A DNA stretch of 63,829 bases, the filler included, from Klebsormidium nitens (lineage: Eukaryota; Plantae; Klebsormidiophyceae): NCBI GenBank assembly GCA_000708835.1. It is 7 parts of 7 records of this genome, joined end to end, with 100 filler letters (N's around TTAATTAATTAA, not from the genome) between each part and the next. Parts side by side here need not be neighbours in the genome. Positions count along the whole stretch, not along the records: positions 1 to 13,349 come from DF238071.1; positions 13,450 to 32,893 come from DF237756.1; 5 more parts are not named here. One strand, written 5' to 3'. Every line of letters starts with the position of its first letter. The stretch's first letter is position 1. A program made the translations under genes and the position numbers. Positions 12,301 through 25,400 of this stretch are shown piece by piece. The notes beneath the pieces were generated by a model that had not been told where the DNA came from, searched no databases, and worked only from the letters and a program-made list of their open reading frames with translations.

Positions 12301-12430
12301 AGGCCCGGATTGATTTCGAGGAAGTCTACGCCAGGCGGTGAGCAAGCACACGAGGTTGCGTGCGCTGCTGGCGGTGGTCGCGGAGCGCTACTTGGAGTTG
12401 CCTCAGTTGAACGTCAAGACGGCGTTTCCA
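9340..12430 (+). mobile_element. Heavily degenerate Copia relic: family-2 gag fragment joined to a family-1 gag-pol, truncated in RT
   Basis: 9340-9645 matches the element-2 gag (WKKLEDNFEK.SNA..ELAVHAL). From ATG 9672 (MADGFKVHV) it matches element 1 through KCYNCSEF, HVINRLELQSGKKL..RTDRGK..QNGSAERLN and RYKSRLVAKGY. Many stops and frameshifts; no LTR found. Confidence 0.88.
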
Positions 12431-13349
12431 TGGGTGACCCGATACGTAATACGGGTATATTCTAGGAAAAGGACAATACGCGAATTTTGAAGCCTTCAAC
12501 GTTTGAACTTTTCAGATACGTGGGAAGTACGTTTTTACCAAAGCCGTTACCATCTTACCAGCTAGAACTTTTAGCGCTTCTGACAAAATTCCACTTTAAC
12601 CAAGTAATTCTAGAGGGATTGTGCATGAATCAAAATGCAAGAAAAGATTGCTATTTGGCGCACTCGCGACATATTTCGAATACTACATTCTTTGATTTCT
12701 TTTCTTTTTTCCGCCTATGTCGGCCGTATTCTGGCCGTATTAAATGTTTGAAAACAAAATGCTCTTCAATCCGCGTATTAACGTTGACGACGTTGAATGG
12801 GCATAGTTATGCTGAGATTGGCTCTTCGACAAAAATGGGTTCCGTTGCTTGACATACACGTTTTGGTTGTGACGTTTTTAACATGCAAGTCTCTCGCTGG
12901 TTGGTCAATAGATATTGAATACGATCCCCTACCCTTTTGTGACGGTTGGCCAGCTTAAGCGAAGTGCTGGCGGGTTACCTACATACACTAACGGCAGCCA
13001 TGTGCGGAAAGCATGGTTGCAGGCGAATGCGCAGCTCTGTAAAAATGTTGTCTTTCAGCTCAAGACAGTTCTGCTTGCTGGTTGGGACTTGACTTCAAGG
13101 ATCTCCGCAAGTTGAACCAAGTCTTGTTCCTCGTTAGTGGAGTCTTGAATCATGGAGGGGCAGTCTCGAGCGCAATCGAGGTCTGCATCCAATCATTTCC
13201 AAGTCCCCCGTCCAGCTGTTGAAGTAGCTCACTTACGACCGTACAGTAGAGCATAGTGCGCCATGTTAGAATCCGGTGATTATGGTCAGCCGGATTACTC
13301 CGTGATTAGGGTTCGGACCGAGTTAGGGTTTGAACTAGTGAGCGCCGGC

Positions 13350-13449
13350 NNNNNNNNNNNNNNNNNNNNNNNNNNNNNNNNNNNNNNNNNNNNTTAATTA
13401 ATTAANNNNNNNNNNNNNNNNNNNNNNNNNNNNNNNNNNNNNNNNNNNN
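13350..13449. other. Artificial scaffold spacer (44N-TTAATTAATTAA-44N)
   Basis: Exactly 100 bp, with a six-frame stop 12-mer at 13394-13405; identical construction six times in the window. Confidence 0.98.
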
Positions 13450-15277
13450 CCTAAGTTGGGCTGAAAAGCTGGGCATGGATTCCGCACATGTCTAGCAGAC
13501 GGGCAGCGTTGAAACCCGTCCAACCGTCACAGACAGAAGGTCGAAGCTTTGACAAGACGTCCTCCTTCAGAGAACTAGAATGGCGCGTCCTGCAGACGTT
13601 CCTGCCATTCAGACGACAGAACACTCGGTTAGCATAACTGTACGAGAACGACGTTAGCCTTAACCAGAGTAATCGTCACAAATTGGGGTCCGCGCAGCTA
13701 GATGAACTAGAGGCATTTGCATTGGCGCTGCAAGAATCAGTCACGGTGCATATTGATATGCACATATGCAGCACTGGGGCGTGCATGCCGGCCGTTAACC
13801 CGTAAGCATGGGACCCCGGGCCCCAGCTCGTGAGCGGCCGCAGCCCCAGCCATGCTTCATATAGTTTAGATCGAGGATTTCAAGATTCATAATGCTGATG
13901 TATGGCTGATCGGCCGGGGGCCCGGCCCCAACGAGGCACACACAGCTACATACCGGTGACCGTCTCAATCATACACATACACTAAACACACATGTCACAC
14001 ATGCATTTCAAATTCACATGTGCTCTAGTGGCCGCGCAGGCTCGGCTGACATGCGCGCACTGACACAAGAGTCAAAGATCATCAAAGTGAAACTAACATG
14101 CAGGGGATTCGCACTCCAATTGATTCTTAGACTCAAGACTCGAACTGTCTCGAATGTACGTCCCAAATCATTGCAAGACTCATGGACGGTATCATAGGTC
14201 CTACGTCCCAGCATGAAGAGTGTGATACTGTAGTGCAATAGTGCGTAGCCCGGCTGCATGGGCGGCTCGGCGGCGCCATGACTTACGGTTAAATACACCC
14301 GGGTCAACAAGTTTTGTAACCAAACCCAGATGACGTGTTATGGTTACGAGATTAAATGGTTATCCATGAGACCTAACCCAAGGCTGAGGCAACTCTATAT
14401 TAGTTGAAATAAACCCTCNNNNNNNNNNNNNNNNNNNNNNNNNNNNNNNNNNNNNNNNNNNNNNNNNNNNNNNNNNNNNNNNNNNNNNNNNNNNNNNNNN
14501 NNNNNNNNNNNNNNNNNNNNNNNNNNNNNNNNNNNNNNNNNNNNNNNNNNNNNNNNNNNNNNNNNNNNNNNNNNNNNNNNNNNNNNNNNNNNNNNNNNNN
14601 NNNNNNNNNNNNNNNNNNNNNNNNNNNNNNNNNNNNNNNNNNNNNNNNNNNNNNNNNNNNNNNNNNNNNNNNNNNNNNNNNNNNNNNNNNNNNNNNNNNN
14701 NNNNNNNNNNNNNNNNNNNNNNNNNNNNNNNNNNNNNNNNNNNNNNNNNNNNNNNNNNNNNNNNNNNNNNNNNNNNNNNNNNNNNNNNNNNNNNNNNNNN
14801 NNNNNNNNNNNNNNNNNNNNNNNNNNNNNNNNNNNNNNNNNNNNNNNNNNNNNNNNNNNNNNNNNNNNNNNNNNNNNNNNNNNNNNNNNNNNNNNNNNNN
14901 NNNNNNNNNNNNNNNNNNNNNNNNNNNNNNNNNNNNNNNNNNNNNNNNNNNNNNNNNNNNNNNNNNNNNNNNNNNNNNNNNNNNNNNNNNNNNNNNNNNN
15001 NNNNNNNNNNNNNNNNNNNNNNNNNNNNNNNNNNNNNNNNNNNNNNNNNNNNNNNNNNNNNNNNNNNNNNNNNNNNNNNNNNNNNNNNNNNNNNNNNNNN
15101 NNNNNNNNNNNNNNNNNNNNNNNNNNNNNNNNTGTATGGTTAAAATTACGAACAAATTACGCCACATTGAGCCATCGGGCATATGATGTGATTTACTTTG
15201 CATGATTCTTGGGCACTCATCCGATAATGGTGCCAAAGCACAAACCCTTACCATTCGCCGACCGTCCGAACCCCACA

Positions 15278-15286
15278 AAAACCCTA
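15278..15286 (+). promoter_or_regulatory. Telo-box-like motif AAACCCTAA upstream of PDH E1-alpha
   Basis: About 210 bp upstream of the inferred ATG, with related AAACCCTT motifs nearby; function inferred from plant telo-box precedent. Confidence 0.35.
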
Positions 15287-15493
15287 ATCTTAAACCCTTG
15301 CTCTTCAGGCTGCGAAGCCTGAAGCCAGCCTGAAGCTCCTGCATGAGGCTGAAGCCTGATCGATAGAGCGCGAAAGCACACTGGGCTGAAGTCAGCTTGC
15401 GGATCGAACGGGCGCTGAGCAGTGCAGCTAGAGCGGTTGGAGGTTTTACGGAAGACTTGTGGGTGCGGGCCGTGCTCCAGTCGACGGGCAGCC

Positions 15494-18400
15494 ATGGCCC
15501 TCCGCTTGGTGTCCGCCAGGATGGGGCCCTTCCTGCGGCAGCGAACGCTGGCCGCTGCAGCCGCGCTCGCCCAGCAGGTGAGAAGCAGAGCAGATGTGCT
15601 GCCGCTGCAGCTGCCTGCGGGTACAACAAGCGAGCCCCTGGGCGGCCAGGGCAAATGACTGGGTGCCTAAACAACAATAGGCCAATGCTACCAACTCTCC
15701 TTTGTTTGCTGCTCCAAACATAATGGCCAATGTGTGGGTTCAATTGTGGATTCATCATTGCTAACACATTTGGGTGGATCTGAAGGGCTTGAGCATGTCG
15801 AATTGATCAGTGCACTGCTCTCCAAGGGCAATTGCCTCCTGCAGCTGTCACTCAAGATCTAGTCCTCATTGGTGTATGATTGATCTGAATTACGTACTCT
15901 TCAGTATCAGTCAGACATATAAGAGCAATATTCATCATTCGCAATTAATCTGGAACTTAGTCATGCTGTGATCCGCGATCGCCATGCTTTCTTCATTTTT
16001 TAAAGACACAACGGGTAGCTTCAGAGATTCAATCAGAAAACGGTAGAAGAGCGCAACGCGGCGTCCATGTCACGGAAGCTTCGAGTCAGATGGGCTTGTG
16101 CAGGTCGTCAATTGGCCTCTCAGTCGGGTTTAAAATCACCCTGTGTTCAGTCGCGGTCTGAAAAACCCTCCTTTTCTCTCATTTGTTGCGTGTTGCGGCG
16201 CCCTGAGCAGAATGCTGCAGGCTCCAATGCTGCAGTGATTGATCGCTAGCAGCGCCTAGGTCTGCCATATATGCCAACGAACTTATAGTATGACGCAAGG
16301 ACGGTGTGGAGCTAGTGGGCCCCCGGACTGGCCTTGTCTCGCTCAAAACTTGAGCACAGCCCCCACACAACCATTGACATTTTCTCGATTTCGAAATGGA
16401 GTTGGTTTGCAGGCCGCGTCTGTGTATCGCTCACAGCTAGTCTGCTATAGAGACAGACTCTCGGCTGAGTGACGCTCCCCTGGGGATCCTCCTGTGCGCA
16501 GAAGTCCACGCGCTGATCTTCCAAAAGTAGAGATGGTTGTGAAAGAGAGCTTGTCCTTGATAATTGCCATAATCGTATGATAGCCCTTTTTGAAGAGTTC
16601 CTCTGTCGCAAGTGCCAATCCAGTTTATACTGCGCAACAATCCTTTACAGAGGGGCTTTGCAGCGGCGGCATCGGACGATGAGAAGCTGACTGTAACGGT
16701 GCCAGTGCCGTTCAAGACCCACAAGATTGACCCTCCCTCCCAAGAGGTGGAGACATCAAAAGGTGAGCAGCTCGCCGCCCTCTACTGCCTGCCCCTGCTT
16801 CAAAGATTCTGCTGGGATTGCATCTGTGAAATCCTTTAATATGGATCTAAGCAGAAAAGGTCTGACGAGTTTGAACATCTGTGCTACAAGATCTTCAGCA
16901 GCTGGGATGGCGTATTTAGACGAATCAAGTAGGCGAGAAGTTCTCCAAGCCCAGCATCTGCGCCCTGGAATACATCTCAAGCACAATCGTGCTCCCCGTG
17001 TTACTGTTTACTATGCATTTTTGACGGCACTTCTGATGGCGGGATTACCGACGGCTGGGATTGTTTGTGGTCAATTCGAGCTCGCAAACTGGTACTTTTA
17101 CCGCTCTTATGAATGTGGTTGCGTGCTTGCAGCGGAGTTGCTGGGCTTCTTCACGGACATGTACAAGATGCGGCGCATGGAGATTGCTGCGGACGGCCTG
17201 TACAAGAGCAAGTTCATTCGCGGCTTCTGCCACTTGTACGATGGCCAGGAAGCGGTACGGCCCTGCTCCCGCGGTCTAGCTGCCCCTCTGTGCAGGCTCT
17301 GCCAATATGATTCAAAGGCTTCTGTACTGGTGGCTTCATGCCAATGGTTGATCAGAGCAAGATACACTTTGTTTCGAAAGTTGCTCGCCGTTTTCTCAGT
17401 CAATTCAGGAGCGAGCTTAGGAGACAGCATTGATCGCTGCCCTCTACCCCAAACGGTCTACTTTTCTGCTTGTTGAGTTGGCAAGTCTTCTGGCCGTGCC
17501 CGTCCTCTGCAGTCGCACGGAGCTGCAAGCCAACAAGGATAATGAGACAGTAACTTCAGTCACCGAGTGCGGACAGCAGGGGTTCCGTCTGTATTACCAG
17601 CGGCCGGCCAGACTTTGAAACAGAAGTTGGTCGCTGACGTGTGGCCCGTTCGCTTGTGTGAAGGTCTGCGTGGGGATGGAGGCGGCGCTCAACTACGACG
17701 ATGCCATCATCACGGCGTACCGGGACCACTGCACGCACCTGGGGCGGGGGGGGACCGTCCTGGAGGTGAGCCTCCGCTCAGCACGGGCCCTCTGGCACAG
17801 CTTTGAAGGACAGCAGGCTTCATGCACGACGGCAGTGGAGACGAAGGACGTGTTACCCGTGGAACTTTCGAACGATTTTGCCAAGCTAGAGGAGTTAATG
17901 TTTTGTCTACTCAGAGGGGTTGCATGGCGGATCACGAACCAGCGTTTCCTTCGAGCTATCCTGTCAATCCTCACGTTTCGAGCTGACTGTCCATCTTGAA
18001 GAGGTCACCACTGGCCCGATCCAAGCTTCTTCTCAGCGGCGTGCGTGGCTGGCGCAGGTGATGGCGGAGCTGATGGGCCACCGCGACGGGTGCAGCCAGG
18101 GCAAGGGCGGCAGCATGCACATGTACAACAAGCAGCACAACTTCTACGGAGGGAACGGCATCGTCGGAGCGCAGGTGCCGCTTGGGGTCGGCGTTGCGTT
18201 TGGCCAAAAGTACAACAAGCTCCCGGTGAGGATACGAATCACACAAGATGGGGAGTGCAGAGAGAGAAGCGAGTAGGCAATCATAGTCGCAAGTTGCTTT
18301 GTAGGAGAAGTGTCATACTTGAGGTTGCTTCGTGTTAAATGAAGACTGCTAACTCATCTATGCGGACCATTCAATTAAGCGTTAAGACGTTCAGCGCCAG

Positions 18401-20737
18401 TTGCTGTGAAGACTACAGCTTTGGTGGTCTGCCGAGGCTTGTCACTGGCCTGGCCCTCATGTACAACCTGGTGCGTTCTCCGGCTGCAAAGGCGAAGTCG
18501 CGGAGCTTTAGCTGGAAACCAAAGCTAAGACTAGACGCAAACACCTCAGAGACTGGTATTCGACGTTTCGCACATCGCACCTGCCACTTTTCTCTTACAG
18601 GGTCGACAAGTGCCACGTGCCTCACTTGTCTTTTCTAAATTTGGCAATTGCCCCTTTCCGCAGAAGTCGCAGCCGCTGTCTTTCTGACGCCTATCTTTCG
18701 TGTCGTGCAGAACGTGACGGTGGCGATGTACGGTGACGGCGCCGCGAACCAGGGGCAGCTGTTCGAGGCGCTCAACATCGCGGCGCTGTGGAACCTGCCA
18801 TGCCTCTTCACGTGCGAGAACAACCACTACGGCATGGGCACCGCGGAGTGGCGCAGCGCCAAGAGCCCCGCGTACTACGCGCGCGGGGACTACGTGCCCG
18901 GGATCAAGGTGGACGGCATGGACGCGCTCGCGGTGAAGCAGGCGTTCAAGTTCGGCAAGGAGTACGCGCTGCAAAACGGGCCGCTGGTGAGCCCAAACGG
19001 CGGGGCAGCCCGGAGCCACAGAATCTTAGGACGCTTATCGTGCGCATCTCCGTGGCATGTTGGAGAAGCCGTCAAGTGTGATTAGGATGCGAGTGACAGG
19101 CGAGGGGTGAACGGATACCTTTGCTTTCGAGAAGGAGCGTTCGCCGCTCAGACCTTCGACTTGTCGACGACCTTCGGTTGACACCACGATGTACGACTCC
19201 GCTGACGTCTAGACACTGGGTCTCCATACAGTTTTTCTGGATACCCTTGGATCGTTCGGACTGGTTTGTCATCCGAACAGCAAGAAAGCCCCTCTATCGC
19301 TATGTAAGCCTTTCTGACCGCGCTTGGTGGTGTGCGCGTGCGGTGCAGATGCTGGAGATGGACACGTACCGCTACCACGGCCACTCCATGTCCGACCCCG
19401 GCAGCACCTACCGCACGCGCGACGAGATCTCGGGCATCCGCCAGGTAGGCGTCCATCTCATGCCGCTGCTTCGGGGGGTCAGGGGATCGTGTCAGCCGGA
19501 AAGCGGCAGGCGGTTTGCGCCTCTCCAGGCGTCCCTTCTGCGACCTTTGAGCTTTTGTTGCCAACTCGGAGCCAGCTGTCACCACAACAACAATTGCTTC
19601 AAACAAAGGGCACAGCAGGCAGAGTCTGGACGGATTAGAACGATCGGAGGATGTGAGCAGGTAGAGCCGGGAATAGTGGTGACGCTATTGGCGGCTGTGT
19701 GCAGGAGCGCGACCCCATTGAGCGCATCCGCAAGCTCATCCTCAGCCTGGAGCTGGCCACCGCTGCGGACCTCAAGGTGAGCGTGCGCAGGCGAGCAGGC
19801 AACACGGCTCGCGACACATGATCTCAGTCGGGTGCAAGGAGGGAGCGACGTGCATGGGACGGCCCTATGAGCTGTAGGAAACTCACATCAACGCTAATTT
19901 TCGTTGATGATTGAGACGCAGTGGAGGAGCTCAGCTTGCGTGTTCTCAAACTCGTCATCCAACGAGACGCGGGTGCGGATGGTGAGCTGGCACATGTGCC
20001 TCGACTGTGTTCACCAAAGCTGCCCATCCACCCTTTCCGTTTCCGCCCTTGACGGGGTCTGCGTGTGCCTGGCGCGGTGCAGGCGATCGAGAAGGAGAGC
20101 AAGCGCGAGGTGGACGAGGCGGTGGACGCCGCCAAGAGCAGCCCCCAGCCCGAGGAGAAGCTGCTGTACGATCACATCCACTCCGGCACGCCCGCCAACT
20201 TCCAGGTGACGCCCGCCTCTCGTGCAGACTCGCTGCTCCCGCAGGAGCGCTCGCTGGGCCTTGTGGCGGGCAATCTGCTGGACGCCGTTGCCAGACAGCG
20301 GCTGAGCGCATGGGCGGCAAACGACCGCCCTAAGCTTTCGAGACAGTCTGCTGTCTCAAAAGTTCGGATCGAAAGGGTTTCATCTTGCTATGGATGTCTT
20401 GATTTCATGGGATTGAATTGAAACGGGTCTGAGACCGAGTTGTGATCTTGAAGTCTGTGGCTCTTGCTCGCGGGCTTGTCTTTCAGTTGCAGTCGTCTAA
20501 TTGACGCGCAATTGCACAGGTCGTTGATCAGGTCCTTCAAATCCTCGAGGCGCAACAAGATTCAAGAACAGGCGCTTGTCTATCTCGAGCCCCGCGCTTT
20601 TGAACAGCACCATTGCCTTTTTCACGGCTCGTACCTTTATACTGCCTCACTGTCACACGAGGTCAGTGCTGACATCGGTTGCTGTCTCCGTGCAGATCTA
20701 CGGGGCTGATAGGCAGCACGTTACCGTGAAGCTCTAG
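15494..20737 (+). CDS. PDHA1: Mitochondrial pyruvate dehydrogenase E1 alpha subunit, 10 exons, about 398 aa
   Basis: Exons 15494-15577, 16651-16762, 17133-17254, 17664-17765, 18058-18225, 18711-18986, 19349-19444, 19705-19776, 20083-20205, 20696-20737 join in frame at GT-AG sites. Motifs [38 protein letters not shown], ThDP motif [27 protein letters not shown]; N-terminal transit peptide [11 protein letters not shown]. Confidence 0.96.
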
Positions 20738-22400
20738 TGGTGAACTCTGACGTGACTACTGCACGACATTTGTTTCTGCCCTTAGCAGTTGTTTAAGGTA
20801 CTTGTTCTAGAAAATTGCTTTATCGGGTTCGGTCCTGGGATATACTTATGTCAGGCGTTCGCGTAAGGTTGCTCAAACGTGGTGGGACACGAATTGCTTC
20901 TTGATTGGTAGTCGCAGGCTCGACAAGCGGGGTCCGAATTCGTCAAGTGCGGGCCAGCGGGGTCACCCAGCACTTGCCGCTCATTCACTATAGCGTCTGG
21001 ACGGACTCTGGTGAAGTTCGAGTAGAACATGTTGAAACGCGGCACTGACTTTCTTGACCTCTCCGTCCGGAATTTCACGGAGAGGCCACGTCACTTTCGA
21101 TTCGCAACCAATTTGGGGCGTCCTTGCATGCAGGAAATCAAGCGCAGAGTTCTGTGAGGCATGTTCTTTCAATGGCACCGCTTAAAGTTAAACAGGATGT
21201 CCTAGTAAGAGTAAGAGTACCGGCTTAGATCTTTGAGCCGGAAGTTCCGTGCCAGGAGGGTTCGCAGCTAGTACCAGCCCGGCCTGCACTGAAGTTTTGG
21301 CCCCTAGTTGGATACCTTGAAAGACATGCATATGCGCACTGGCTGAGCAGGCTTGTCAACCGTACCGGCTTATGCGCCGCCGCGGGCTGCGTTTATGTAC
21401 ATAGGACAGCGCAGTGCGTCAGAGTCATCCGATAATAATGATAATCGCGAATGAATTGACATATATGTACGTTGCAAATGCATGGCCGGCTAAGCATTCC
21501 GGTTTCACATTCTAATATATACTTAATCAAGAGTATACCGTATCAGGGTGATTCGAATTGCAAATTTATATATCCCGCATGCACCGGATGCACAAGCATG
21601 GTACGTAGCGCGGGCGGCCTGCTGCTGCAGGCCACTAGAGCTAGATGTATACGTTTGGGTATACAGCTCTCTGACGTACCGTCTGTTCACGGTGGAGGCT
21701 AGATTTTAGTCACTCAGTATATACCATCATGGACCGTCTGATCATCAGCGTATATATACGGTATAGTTATATGCATGTGCCGCCCAGCATGGCATGCAAT
21801 GTTTTACTTGCACTACGAATCACTACACTAAATAAACGGTTGCAGGCACTAGCTCGCCAGGGCAAACTTGAGACTGCCGCAGCTGCTCAGATCGACTGAC
21901 CGCCCGGCGGTCCGACAGACTCATTGGGCCAATTTTGCCATTTTGCAGTGCGGGTTAGGATATCGGGGTCAACTTAAATGGTTACATTTTGGTACAACGT
22001 CCTTCTTGGACGTCCCTTGGGACTCCCTTACGGTTCCCAGGGTCGCCTCAGCTGAACAAAAATTGCGACCTTACTCACTAGATAAACGTCATCAACCACA
22101 AACTTCATTATGCTATTGATCTCTTTCTATGTCATGGTCCGCGCCTATGTAAATGTAGTGATCAGACTACTCTGCCCTTTCTAACTCGATTGGGGGCTCT
22201 ACCGCCGCCTATATCGTAGCTACGTTCTAAGCTCTGTGACTGTGCGGCGGTGCATCGTGTGTAACAAGGTCTCGTGGAGGGAGTGGCACCAGTCTTTCTG
22301 TCTACAGACGGCTTATATCAGATTCTACAGCAGCAACTGTTTCTACTTCGGAACGAGTTCCGTAGGTTCGAGTTGCTCAATGCGCTCCCCTGTTTCTATT

Positions 22401-25400
22401 CTACCAATTCCGCTCATGCGGCTCCAGATACTCGAGGCCGAGGTGGGCGAAGACGTCCCTTTCGGTGGCACACGGAAGAGAGGTCTTATCCACAAACTGC
22501 CAGCGGCAGAACGGCAGGGTCAGGTCTGGAAAGGCCACCAGAAATGCCAGCGACAGAGGTGAAGCGGAGACACGACGCGCGTTCGCTCGACTCATACTTT
22601 TGTCCAGACTTCCAGCTAGTTGTACGCGGTCAAAACCTGGTAATTGGTCCGCTGGTAATCAGAATCTGCAAGGATGGATTCTGTACCCTCCAGCGGAGTA
22701 GCTCCGAGAAAGCATTTTGATGGCGGCAGGGCGCTCACCTTGCGCTTGCCAATCTTGGTGACGGGGAAGAGGCCGTACTCGCTGAGCTTGAAGCCGGTCT
22801 GCAGCGCGAAGAAGCGCACCTTGCGGTTGAACACCTCGTTGCCCGTGAAGTGCACCAGCGCGCATGCGTACACCGCCGCCGAGTACACCTGCCACACATC
22901 ACGCATCATGCCTGGCGCTGAGCCTCTTCACACATGTACTCTGACTTTGCGGCAAGCAACTGCAGGCGCCACCGCCTCGAACGGCACACTATCATTAGTG
23001 GGTCGCCACTCTAGTAAACCCACCACAGAGCTTTGTAACGGGCTGCCAGGAAAGGCGCACAAGCCATACAGGCGCTGGAGACTCTACGCCGAAGAAGCAG
23101 AGGGCTGCCCTACCTTGATGTCGATACGGCGGTGGTCGTCGGTTCCGGGGAGGCGGCACATGCCCAGGTACGTCTGGCACAGGGCGCCGCCGCCCTGCAG
23201 GCCGCAGGCACGGGCGTCAGGAAGAGCGGGGCAGGGCAACAGCAAAGAAGAGCTGCTACCAGGAGGAGGGATCGGGAAGCGTCCCTCGGAAAAGCATTGC
23301 TGCAAAAGGCTGCACCAGCCAAAGAAGCACAAGAGGTCCCGTCTTCAAGGTGCCACAGCTGGCTCCCTAGGTACGACAATGTCTGTACCGCAAACCACAA
23401 GTGTCTGGCGGGGACAGAAGAGCAATATTCACAGGCCTGTCCCTGTCAGGGCCGCGAAAGGCAATTGCACCTTTCCGGTCGGCTCGAAGACCACTTGTCG
23501 GCAACGTGCGCACGAGAATATACTTTGTGTAGCTCCCCGACAGAACAGGGTTGCAAGGAGTCATGGGGCACAAGAGCGAAGAGCGGTCACTCGGTTGGGG
23601 GCCGACCTGATCGTCGTCGTCGAAGGAGCGCAGGTCCGCCATAAGGAACCCGATGGCGGTCAAGCGCTGGTGCAGCCGCGCGAGCAGCCCGCGGTGGCTG
23701 CACAGGCAGGGGCGCGAGCCGGTCAGGCAGCGGACGAAGAGGGGAGCGGGGGCGGGCAGGCGGAGCAGCGGTGAGGAGCAGTGTAATGGACGTCGTTGAT
23801 CCTATAAGTTTCAAAAGTGGCGAAAGAAGTAGGACTATCAAACGCTGCCAATCTTGAATCAACATTTGGCCAGTCCAGATTCAAGATAAGGCTCTTCTAT
23901 CCCTAGACCCATCCTCAGTCTGAAAATGACAGGAAACAAGCTTGATAAGCCTTGGCATCTCGTATCACGACAGATTGGGGCGAGCGCACCTCTTGCCATC
24001 TGGGTGTGTGACCAGGAAATCAACGTCCCCGCANNNNNNNNNNNNNNNNNNNNNNNNNNNNNNNNNNNNNNNNNNNNNNNNNNNNNNNNNNNNNNNNNNN
24101 NNNNNNNNNNNNNNNNNNNNNNNNNNNNNNNNNNNNNNNNNNNNNNNNNNNNNNNNNNNNNNNNNNNNNNNNNNNNNNNNNNNNNNNNNNNNNNNNNNNN
24201 NNNNNNNNNNNNNNNNNNNNNNNNNNNNNNNNNNNNNNNNNNNNNNNNNNNNNNNNNNNNNNNNNNNNNNNNNNNNNNNNNNNNNNNNNNNNNNNNNNNN
24301 NNNNNNNNNNNNNNNNNNNNNNNNNNNNNNNNNNNNNNNNNNNNNNNNNNNNNNNNNNNNNNNNNNNNNNNNNNNNNNNNNNNNNNNNNNNNNNNNNNNN
24401 NNNNNNNNNNNNNNNNNNNNNNNNNNNNNNNNNNNNNNNNNNNNNNNNNNNNNNNNNNNNNNNNNNNNNNNNNNNNNNNNNNNNNNNNNNNNNNNNNNNN
24501 NNNNNNNNNNNNNNNNNNNNNNNNNNNNNNNNNNNNNNNNNNNNNNNNNNNNNNNNNNNNNNNNNNNNNNNNNNNNNNNNNNNNNNNNNNNNNNNNNNNN
24601 NNNNNNNNNNNNNNNNNNNNNNNNNNNNNNNNNNNNNNNNNNNNNNNNNNNNNNNNNNNNNNNNNNNNNNNNNNNNNNNNNNNNNNNNNNNNNNNNNNNN
24701 NNNNTGGGTGTGTGACCAGGAAATCAACGTCCCCGCACATGATGCGGCCCCGTCGGTACGACCCAGTCACTTCACACGACACCTGCACACACGACGGGTG
24801 ACATCAGCGGGCTGTCTAGCGCGTGGCCAGCACTAGGGAAACCGTTGGCCGAGTACAAGCAGCACATTTGTCAGGCAGAGGGACGCAGGATTGAACAAGA
24901 TCCTGCGCAAAGGTGGGTGGTATCTTTCCCCGGTGAGGGCTAGTGCGCCCCAGGCCCGCACAGCTGGCCGCGGCTCTGCCGGCTCACCCCGGGGCAGATG
25001 GACTCCGCTTGCGCCTGGACGAGGGCATGGATGCGGGCCACGTCATCGCGGCTCATCTTGGCCCCAATCTCCTCGTAGTAGCGCAGCCCCAGCTGGGCCT
25101 GCCGGCTCAGCGAGGGATCCCCGCGCAGGTCGGCCAGGCTGCGGTGGCCGCGGCTGTACAGCTCGAGGGCGGTCTTGGCACCAACGCCAAACACGGACGA
25201 GAAGAGGCGCAGAACACGCAGCTGCACACGCCAACAATGCAAACGGGTAAGGACAGAGAGTATACATGGCACAGTTATCTAGTATAGAAATCGGGGGCGA
25301 GCCTGTTGTAGGGGGGTAAGTCATCGGTCCGAAATTGAACATCTGAACAGCCACAAAAGATCGTACGGCTCCAAATGGGGGCTCTTTCAAGTGTCTTGTG

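Noticed and set aside
13295-13332. Telomere at the end of scaffold 1 (two TTAGGGTT)
   Set aside because: Two isolated units about 20 bp apart, not a tandem array.
13394-13405. TTAATTAATTAA palindrome as a biological motif (six copies)
   Set aside because: Always centred in exactly 44+44 N; it is a six-frame stop linker added during concatenation.
14400-15767. Long ORFs of 138-455 aa spanning N runs (also 23859-24801, 38658-39392, 58651-59211)
   Set aside because: Their length comes from X codons in gaps.
22674-23774. 366-aa plus-strand ORF
   Set aside because: Antisense to Pol lambda exons and introns in GC-rich sequence; no domain signal.
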